DNA of 58,913 nt, the filler included. It is 7 parts of 7 records of this genome, joined end to end, with 100 filler letters (N's around TTAATTAATTAA, not from the genome) between each part and the next. Parts side by side here need not be neighbours in the genome. Positions count along the whole stretch, not along the records: positions 45,358 to 58,913 come from DRR723986_15545; 6 more parts are not named here. One strand, given 5' to 3'. Position numbers and translations under genes: made by a program. The notes under the pieces are model-generated. The model searched no databases, was not told the DNA's origin, and worked only from the letters and a program-made list of their open reading frames with translations. Numbering within the stretch: the first letter of the stretch is position 1; each line of letters opens with the position of its first letter. This document shows positions 52,132 through 58,913 of this stretch, in pieces.

Positions 52132-52644
52132 CTATTGTGTGTCTGTCAGCAGTTCGGTGAAGTCGATCACTTCAAATCCATGGCCGGTGGCGCGGACGAA
52201 CGCCTCGAAGTCTTTGCGAGAAACGGCAGTGGTGCCGGTATTGGTCAATGGGTGGAAGTTGACCGGGTCGTGCGCCATCAGCGCCGCATCGACCAGGAAG
52301 CGAACGCGGCCTGCCTTGTCATTCATAAGGGCAAAGGCGGTGACCGAGCCGGGTGTCACGCCAAGCAGCTCATCCATCAGATCCGGAGGTCCGAAGGACA
52401 GCCGTTTCGTGCCGATCAGGCGGTGCAGCTTGTTCAGCTTCAGCTGGGAGTGCGCCTCTGCCGCGATCAGGATGATGTTGCCGTCCTTGTCCTTCAGGAA
52501 CAGGTTCTTTGTATGCCCGCCGGGCAGGGTGCATTTTACGTCTGTGCTCTGGTCCACGGTGAACACAGCCTCGTGCCACTGCGTCGAGTGCGGGATGCCC
52601 AACTGGTCAAGATAGGCGAACAGGTCGTCGGGGGTTGCCGTCAT
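52132..52644 (-). CDS. ProX/YbaK-family aminoacyl-tRNA editing protein
   Basis: GGHTKNLFLKD, LGVTPGSVTAF, NFHPLTNT. Confidence 0.92.
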   Translation of the reverse strand: MTATPDDLFAYLDQLGIPHSTQWHEAVFTVDQSTDVKCTLPGGHTKNLFLKDKDGNIILIAAEAHSQLKLNKLHRLIGTKRLSFGPPDLMDELLGVTPGSVTAFALMNDKAGRVRFLVDAALMAHDPVNFHPLTNTGTTAVSRKDFEAFVRATGHGFEVIDFTELLTDTQ

Positions 52645-52696
52645 GGGGCCCTTTGGGCCAAGACTTGTGGCCTCCGTCAAGCGGTGAGCCTCCCCC

Positions 52697-53434
52697 ATGT
52701 TTCTTGATTGCTATAAAATCTACGACGTCGCGCCGGATCTGGTGCCAGCCCGGTCAAATCGTGACTGGATGGATGCCTTTACAGACCGCCATCCCTATCG
52801 CTGCCTGCCGCTAACCATGGCGAACTCCACGGGCTGGGAATTGCTCGCCCCGATGGACATCAAGATCGAGTGGAATGGCGGCCCGCGAAACGAGGACATC
52901 CGCCTGCTGACCCGCGGCGACCCGCGCAGCATCGAGAGTTTTGCCGGGGCGCACTTCGCCCGCGGGATCGTCACCTTCCACACGGGCCACCTGTTCCGCA
53001 CGCCGCCCGGCTGGGGCGTCTGGGTCACGGGACCGCCGAACTGGCCGAAGGACGGGATCTATCCGCTGACGGGCCTGGTTGAGACCGACTGGCTGCCATT
53101 CCCGTTCACGATGAACTGGCAGATGACCCGCAAGGGCAGCGTGATCTTCGAAAAGGGCGAGCCCTTCGCTTTCATCACATTGATGGAACACAAGAAGCTG
53201 GAAGAGATCCAGCCGGAGCGGAAGCTCCTGCGTTCGAATGAGGAGTTGGTGAAGGAATACAACGCCTGGACGGAAAGCCGCGCCGACTTCAACAAGCGGC
53301 TAGGCGAGGGCGAAGAGAGCGCCATGAAGGAGCGCTGGCAGCGCCACTATATGCGCGGTGAAAAGCCGACCGGTGACAAGGCTGACAGCCACCAGACCAA
53401 GCGCCGTCTGAAGCCGCCGAAAGAGATTTCATGA
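52697..53434 (+). CDS. DUF6065 family protein
   Basis: RDWMD, YRCLPLTMANSTGWE, GIVTFH, ETDWLPFPFTMNW (family recalled, not searched). Confidence 0.8.
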   Translation: MFLDCYKIYDVAPDLVPARSNRDWMDAFTDRHPYRCLPLTMANSTGWELLAPMDIKIEWNGGPRNEDIRLLTRGDPRSIESFAGAHFARGIVTFHTGHLFRTPPGWGVWVTGPPNWPKDGIYPLTGLVETDWLPFPFTMNWQMTRKGSVIFEKGEPFAFITLMEHKKLEEIQPERKLLRSNEELVKEYNAWTESRADFNKRLGEGEESAMKERWQRHYMRGEKPTGDKADSHQTKRRLKPPKEIS

Positions 53435-53919
53435 TCACAATCCGGGCCTATACGCCCGCAGACCTGCCGGCCCTGCACGCGATCAACGAGCAGGGGGTGC
53501 CGGGCGTCAGCCGCGAAACGATCGAAAGCCTTGGCACATGGGTCTCCCTGTCGGAATGCCTCGTCGCGGTGGATGGGACTGGCCAGCCAGTGGGTTTCCT
53601 GAATCTCGTGCCGCCGGGCACGGCTGCATATACCAGCGACAATCTCCGCTGGTTTGAGGCGCGGGGCGGCAATGTGAACTATGTCGACCGGATCGCCATC
53701 GGTGCGCGTGCGCGCGGCCAGCGGATCGGCGATGCGCTCTATCAGGCCGCCTTTGCGGCCTGCGCCGGGCGCTACGATGCCATCGGTTGCGAAGTGAACC
53801 GCCTGCCGCCCAATCCGGGCTCGCTGCGCTTCCACAAACGGCTCGGTTTCGAGGAAGTCGGCGGCCGGGCCTTCGTGCCCGGCGAAAAGGAAGTAATCTA
53901 TCTGGAGCGGAAGCTCTGA
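53431..53919 (+). CDS. GNAT family N-acetyltransferase
   Basis: YVDRIAI, ARGQRIG, NPGSLRFHKRLGF; ATGA overlap with the DUF6065 gene. Confidence 0.9.
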   Translation: MITIRAYTPADLPALHAINEQGVPGVSRETIESLGTWVSLSECLVAVDGTGQPVGFLNLVPPGTAAYTSDNLRWFEARGGNVNYVDRIAIGARARGQRIGDALYQAAFAACAGRYDAIGCEVNRLPPNPGSLRFHKRLGFEEVGGRAFVPGEKEVIYLERKL

Positions 53920-53922
53920 CGC

Positions 53923-54270
53923 TCAGTCCTTGCGGCTCGCTTTTTCCGCAATCCCGCTCTTACCTTGCCGTTGCTCCAGCGCGGCCGCTACATCATCCAG
54001 GCTGACACCGCGCACGCGCAGGCCAACAAGGGCGTGATAGAGCATGTCGGCCGCTTCGCTGGCGACGCGTTCATTGCTTTCTTCGCGCAGGGCCTGGATG
54101 AATTCGCTGGCTTCTTCCTCCGCCTTGTCCGCGCAGGCGCCGACGCCATTCGAGAGCAGCTTTGCCGTCCAGGACGCGTTCGCATCACCGGTTTCGGCGC
54201 GCGTATCGATGGTCATGCCCAGATGGGCGAGGGCTTCGGCGAGGCGGTCGGCGGATCCGAGAATAGACAT
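53923..54270 (-). CDS. hisE: Phosphoribosyl-ATP diphosphatase
   Basis: SWTAKLL, KAEEEASE, SEAADMLYH, SGIAEKASR. Confidence 0.94.
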   Translation of the reverse strand: MSILGSADRLAEALAHLGMTIDTRAETGDANASWTAKLLSNGVGACADKAEEEASEFIQALREESNERVASEAADMLYHALVGLRVRGVSLDDVAAALEQRQGKSGIAEKASRKD

Positions 54271-54367
54271 GGGGCCTCCATACTCTCCTTCCGCGAGGGG
54301 AGGAAGCCTCCCCGCTTGACGCAGGCCACCACCGCGTCACTTTTACCTGAAACGAGGAGGATTCCAG

Positions 54368-55183
54368 ATGAACGACCGGGTGACGATCACGCATCTTGAA
54401 GACGGCATCGCCGATGTCCGTATGGTGCGCACCGACAAGATGAATGCGCTCGACCCTGCCCAATTCCAGGCGCTGGCCGACACGATCGAGGAGCTGCACG
54501 GCACCAAGGGCCTGCGCTGCGTCGTGCTGTCAGGGGAGGGGCGGGCCTTCTGTGCGGGCCTCGACCTCTCCAGCATGTCAGGTAATTCCTCCGGCGACGG
54601 GGAGAAGAAGAAAGGCGGCGCAACGGGGGACCTTGCCACACGGGCCTTCGGCGATGCGAACCTCGCGCAATACGTCGCCTGGGGCTGGCGGAAGCTGGAA
54701 GTGCCAGTGATTGCTGCAGCACACGGCGTCGCCTTTGGTGGCGGCTTCCAGATCCTGTCGGGTGCGGACGTGCGGTTTATCCACCCGGACACGCGCTGCG
54801 CGATCATGGAAATGAAATGGGGCCTTGTGCCCGACATGGCCGGCTTCCCCCTGTGGCGCGGTAATGCGCGCGACGATGTGATCCGCGAGCTGACCTATAC
54901 GAACCGGGAGTTCAATGGCCGCGAGGCCCACGCCATGGGTTTTGCCACCCACGTCTCCGAGACACCGCTGGACGATGCGCTGGCCCTGGCGAAGATCATC
55001 GCCAACAAGCACCCGGCCGCGATGCGCGGCGCTAAAACGCTCTGCAATGCGATGGCGGAGCTGTCGGACGCAGACCTCCTGATGCTGGAAAGCACCGAAC
55101 AGCTGAAAGTCATCCGCACGCCAAACCAGATGGAAGCGGTGATGGCCGAGATGCAGAAGCGCAAACCCGTCTTCGCGGAATAA
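54368..55183 (+). CDS. Crotonase/enoyl-CoA hydratase family protein
   Basis: KMNALD, AFCAGLD, AFGGGFQ, EMKWGLVPDM. Confidence 0.94.
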   Translation: MNDRVTITHLEDGIADVRMVRTDKMNALDPAQFQALADTIEELHGTKGLRCVVLSGEGRAFCAGLDLSSMSGNSSGDGEKKKGGATGDLATRAFGDANLAQYVAWGWRKLEVPVIAAAHGVAFGGGFQILSGADVRFIHPDTRCAIMEMKWGLVPDMAGFPLWRGNARDDVIRELTYTNREFNGREAHAMGFATHVSETPLDDALALAKIIANKHPAAMRGAKTLCNAMAELSDADLLMLESTEQLKVIRTPNQMEAVMAEMQKRKPVFAE

Positions 55184-55186
55184 AAC

Positions 55187-55960
55187 TTAGAACGGGCGGA
55201 CGGGCGCCCCGGCGGCGTGCAGCGCGCGCCGGGCGTCTGCCACGGTCGCTTCGCCGAAATGGAAGATCGAGGCGGCGAGCACAGCGCTCGCCCCGCCGTC
55301 CAGTACGGCGGCCGGCATGTCGTCCACGCTGCCGGCGCCGCCGCTGGCCACAACCGGAATGTTTACAACAGATGTGATCGCTTTCAGCAGCGGGATGTCA
55401 TAGCCGGATTTGGTGCCGTCCTTGTCCATGCTGGTCAGCAGGATTTCGCCGGCGCCGCGCTTTTCGGCTTCCTTTGCGAACTCGACCGCGTCGATGCCCG
55501 TGGCCGTGCGGCCGCCATGGGTGAAGATCTCCCAGTGGCCGCCGACCTCGTCATTGACGCGCCGCGCGTCGATGGCGACGACGACGGCCTGACGCCCGGC
55601 CTTGGCGGCGCAGCGGGAGATGACGGAGGGGTCTGCGACCGCGGCGGAATTGATCGCCACCTTGTCGGCCCCGGCCCGGAGGAGGGCGACCAGATCGTCC
55701 GCGCTGCGCACGCCGCCGCCGACCGTCAGGGGCATGAAGCACTGTTCCGCGGTGGCGGAGACGATGTCGAGCAGGGTGCCGCGACCCTCGTGACTGGCCG
55801 TAATATCGAGGAAACAGAGCTCGTCGGCGCCCTGCGCGTCATAGGCTTTTGCCAGCGCCACGGGATCGCCCGCATCTTTCAGGTCCACGAAGTTGACGCC
55901 CTTGACGGTGCGCCCGTCTTTCACGTCGAGGCAGGGGATAATGCGGGTCTTGAGGCTCAT
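55187..55960 (-). CDS. hisF: Imidazole glycerol phosphate synthase cyclase subunit
   Basis: [37 protein letters not shown]. Confidence 0.98.
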   Translation of the reverse strand: MSLKTRIIPCLDVKDGRTVKGVNFVDLKDAGDPVALAKAYDAQGADELCFLDITASHEGRGTLLDIVSATAEQCFMPLTVGGGVRSADDLVALLRAGADKVAINSAAVADPSVISRCAAKAGRQAVVVAIDARRVNDEVGGHWEIFTHGGRTATGIDAVEFAKEAEKRGAGEILLTSMDKDGTKSGYDIPLLKAITSVVNIPVVASGGAGSVDDMPAAVLDGGASAVLAASIFHFGEATVADARRALHAAGAPVRPF

Positions 55961-56100
55961 GGACCCGCTTTAGCCGGGAAAGCCCGCGCCGCAAAGCCTG
56001 CGGTGCCGGACACGATAAAGAACACGATAAACACGCGATTTATGGACGATATATAGATCAAATTTCACCGACCATCTGGACGCGCTTTTAAGCATGACCG

Positions 56101-56880
56101 GTGCATAAGCGATCCATGGGACTTGAACGGGACTGGATGCCGCCGCGCGATGTGCGCCGGGCGGCCGGGGTGGGGGCGATCATCACGATTGCCTCTATAT
56201 TCTTTTCCATTTTTCCGGTCTGGGTCTGGCTTCAGATCGACCCCGTTATCCGCCTTCAGGACATCTACATTTCCTGCGTCGTGCTTCCGGCCCTGATCGC
56301 GCCGACCTGCAGCTTCTTCATCCTGCGCGCCCAGATCCGGGCCGAGCGGCTGGCGAAAGAGAATGACAGGCTGGCCAATCATGACGAGCTGACCGGCCTG
56401 CCCAACCGCCGTGCCTTCTTCGCGCGGGCAGGGGAGCTGCTGGCCCGCACCCATCGCAGCACGGATATTTTCGCCTGCGCCATCGCCGACATCGACAATT
56501 TCAAGCGCATCAACGACACGCATGGCCACGATACGGGCGACAAGGTGCTGCAGGCGCTGGCCGCCGCGCTGACGGACAGGTCTTCGGAAAACATCCTCCT
56601 GGCCCGTCTTGGCGGGGAAGAGTTTGCCACCGCCGGCATGTTCGCCAGCGAGGCCGCCGCGCGCATCTGGTTCGAGGCGCTGGTGCGGGAGGTGGAACAC
56701 CGCCGCCCGGCGGGCCTGCACGTGACGGTCAGCCTCGGCTGGTGCGTGGCGGAGGGGGCGGAAAACCTGTCGTCACAGCTCAGCCGGGCAGACCATGCGC
56801 TCTATGAGGCAAAATCCCGGGGCAAGAACCGCGCGGTGAAGACAGCGCCTGCCGGCTCGCTCAAGGTGGCCGTGGCGTAA
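56101..56880 (+). CDS. Membrane-anchored diguanylate cyclase
   Basis: Two TM helices, DELTGLPNRR, DIDNFKRINDTHGH, RLGGEEF; start may be ATG 56116. Confidence 0.93.
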   Translation: MHKRSMGLERDWMPPRDVRRAAGVGAIITIASIFFSIFPVWVWLQIDPVIRLQDIYISCVVLPALIAPTCSFFILRAQIRAERLAKENDRLANHDELTGLPNRRAFFARAGELLARTHRSTDIFACAIADIDNFKRINDTHGHDTGDKVLQALAAALTDRSSENILLARLGGEEFATAGMFASEAAARIWFEALVREVEHRRPAGLHVTVSLGWCVAEGAENLSSQLSRADHALYEAKSRGKNRAVKTAPAGSLKVAVA

Positions 56881-56928
56881 ACGTGCTGAAAATTTGACTC
56901 CCCGGCAAGCCCCCCTCATGTCTGGGGC

Positions 56929-57627
56929 ATGACGGAACAGACACAAGACGAAGCCGCCCGCTGGGCACGGATGGTCGCGGCGGAGGAACGCGCCTTCGCG
57001 CTGCTGGACGCGGTCGAGGCCGCAGGCATCATGAAACCGGGCCGTACCGAAGGCGAGGTCGACCGCGACATCGAAGCCATCGCGGCCGAGCAGTTCGGGA
57101 TAAAGCGCAACTGGCACCAGCGCCTCGTGCGCGCCGGGCCGAACACGACCTGCATCTTCTCCGACATGCCGGACGAAGCGACCATCGGGCCGGAGGATAC
57201 GGTCTATGTCGACATGGGCCCCATCTTCGAACAGGCCGAGGCGGACGTTGGCCGCACCTATGCCATGGGGCAGGACCCGGCCCGCCGTGCGCTGGTGGCC
57301 GCGCTGCCGGACGTGTTCGAGGAAATGCGCGCCTTTACGCTTTCCAAGCCTGATGTGACGGGGGCGGAGGTTTATGATTTTGCCTGCCGGGCGGCAGAAG
57401 CGCGAGGCTATCATTTCGGCGGCAAGATCGCCGGGCACACCGTGGGGGAATTCCCGCACGCCACCTGGCCGCTGGAGCCGGCCCACCAGCGCCTCTGGCC
57501 GGACAATCCCGAACCCCTCAGCAATCCGGACCATCTCGGCCGCCCCCGTTACTGGATTCTGGAAGCCCACCTCGTGGAACCGGGCCGCCAATGGGGCGGG
57601 TTTTATGAGCGGTTGCTGAGGGGGTGA
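56929..57627 (+). CDS. M24 family metallopeptidase-like protein
   Basis: YVDMGP, EADVGRTY, AGHTVGEFPH, WILEAH. Confidence 0.88.
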   Translation: MTEQTQDEAARWARMVAAEERAFALLDAVEAAGIMKPGRTEGEVDRDIEAIAAEQFGIKRNWHQRLVRAGPNTTCIFSDMPDEATIGPEDTVYVDMGPIFEQAEADVGRTYAMGQDPARRALVAALPDVFEEMRAFTLSKPDVTGAEVYDFACRAAEARGYHFGGKIAGHTVGEFPHATWPLEPAHQRLWPDNPEPLSNPDHLGRPRYWILEAHLVEPGRQWGGFYERLLRG

Positions 57628-57789
57628 CTTTCAATATCGATAATAAAGCGCCTTCCACTGAGTGCTGCCTGTGCGTCAATAAACGAGGAAGCCCTGAAAC
57701 TCCTGAAGAAAGGTGCTTTTGAGTTTAAAATTGAATTGGTGGCAAACAATCCAAATCAAGCGTTAGGCAACGCTGCAGGCGGCGATTGA

Positions 57790-58515
57790 CTACTTGGCTA
57801 CCTCAAGCGCCTCAGCCGCCACAATATCCCCATCATAAAGTGCCCGCCCCAGAATAGACCCCGCAATCGGCGCATCTGCTGCCATCAGGGCTCGGATGTC
57901 GTCCACGCTGGCGACACCGCCTGAGGCGATGACGGGGATGGAGACGGTGTTTGCGAGCTCTGCCGTGAACGGAACATTGACGCCGGTCTTCAGGCCGTCG
58001 CGACCAATGTCCGTTGCGACGATGGCGGCGACGCCGCAGCCTTCGAACGCTTTCGCAAGTTCGGTCGCCTTCATGTCGCTGGTCTCGGCCCAGCCTTCGA
58101 CGGCGACCATGCCATTCTTCGCATCAATGCCGACCACGACCTGGCCGGGCAGGGCACGGGCGGCTTCCTTTACCAGCTCCGGGTCGCGCAGGGCCACGGT
58201 GCCGAGGATGACGCGGGAAATGCCGGCCTCCAGCCAGGCATCGATCTGCGCCCGCGTGCGGATGCCGCCGCCGAGCTGCACCGGCGCATCGGTGGCTTTC
58301 AGGATCGCCTCCACCGCCGCGCGGTTCACGGCCTTGCCCTCGAAGGCGCCGTTCAGGTCCACCACGTGAAGATGGGTGAAGCCTGCGTCGCGGAAGGATT
58401 TGGCCTGCGCCGCCGGGCTGTCGGAGAAGACAGTCGCCTGGTCCATCTCGCCCCGGAGGAGGCGCACGCACTGGCCGTCTTTCAGGTCGATGGCGGGGTA
58501 GAGGGTAAACGTCAT
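57790..58515 (-). CDS. hisA: ProFAR isomerase
   Basis: [41 protein letters not shown]. Confidence 0.98.
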   Translation of the reverse strand: MTFTLYPAIDLKDGQCVRLLRGEMDQATVFSDSPAAQAKSFRDAGFTHLHVVDLNGAFEGKAVNRAAVEAILKATDAPVQLGGGIRTRAQIDAWLEAGISRVILGTVALRDPELVKEAARALPGQVVVGIDAKNGMVAVEGWAETSDMKATELAKAFEGCGVAAIVATDIGRDGLKTGVNVPFTAELANTVSIPVIASGGVASVDDIRALMAADAPIAGSILGRALYDGDIVAAEALEVAK

Positions 58516-58522
58516 TTCGGTG

Positions 58523-58913
58523 TCAGGGCGCCCATTGCAGGAAATTGGAGAGGATCTTGAGCCCGGTCTTCTGGCTCTTCTCCGGGTGGAACTGCGTGCC
58601 GAACATGTTGCGCCGGGCCACCGCCGCCACGATCTGGTGGCCATAGTCGGCGGTTGCGGCGATGTCGGCCGGGTTGTCGGGCTTCATCGCATAGGAATGG
58701 GTGAAATAGACGTGCGGGTCGTCGCCAAGGCCGGCCAGCACAGGGTGGGGCTGAAGGTGGGTAAAGGTCAGCCCGTTCCAGCCCATGTGCGGAATGCGGA
58801 AGCCTTCGCCCGGCTCGATGAGCTCGACCGTGCCCTTGATCCAGCCGAGGCCCGGTGTGTAGCCGTCTTCCAGCCCCGCGGTCGCCATCAGCTGCATGCC
58901 GACGCAGATGCCG
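58523..58913 (-). CDS. hisH: IGP synthase glutaminase subunit (5' truncated by window end)
   Basis: GICVGMQL at the edge, IPHMGWN, YFTHSY, QFHPEKS. Confidence 0.96.
   Translation of the reverse strand, partial: GICVGMQLMATAGLEDGYTPGLGWIKGTVELIEPGEGFRIPHMGWNGLTFTHLQPHPVLAGLGDDPHVYFTHSYAMKPDNPADIAATADYGHQIVAAVARRNMFGTQFHPEKSQKTGLKILSNFLQWAP

Overview
This window is not one locus. It is seven unrelated contigs joined by artificial 100-nt linkers (44 N + TTAATTAATTAA + 44 N), so gene context is valid only within a contig. (1) 1-5956: complete alphaproteobacterial-type urease operon ureDABCEFG, headed by a His-rich 66-aa micro-protein. (2) 6057-11749: a truncated giant Thr-rich secreted protein built of ~130-aa tandem domains, with a long structured upstream region and a sphingomyelin-synthase-like gene. 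(3) 11850-19126: a gammaproteobacterial-type accessory region that looks like a decaying integron cassette array (co-oriented short genes, attC-like sites), plus csbD, a host-attachment-family gene and an intact IS3 that has no target duplication and abuts an attC-like repeat. (4) 19227-28189: alphaproteobacterial tRNA-Ala fragment, TIGR02300, aroA-cmk-rpsA, a mobA/MobR-like hydroxylase-regulator pair, a nucleoside deaminase and a probable variant xanthine-I (NMT1) riboswitch. (5) 28290-34379: sugar ABC transporter with a non-phosphorylative oxidative pathway and twin KdgR-like operators. (6) 34480-45257: quinohemoprotein dehydrogenase / BVMO / CoA ligase / esterase / MFS catabolic cluster. 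(7) 45358-58913: Hyphomonas-like core region (ftsK, his genes) with a TPR-sulfotransferase/TonB-receptor pair and DUF6065. Contigs 1 and 6 end in the same 83-bp repeat. The strongest leads are the riboswitch variant, the attC/IS3 architecture, the tandem-domain surface protein and the contig-6 pathway. Family calls come from motif recognition only; no searches were run.
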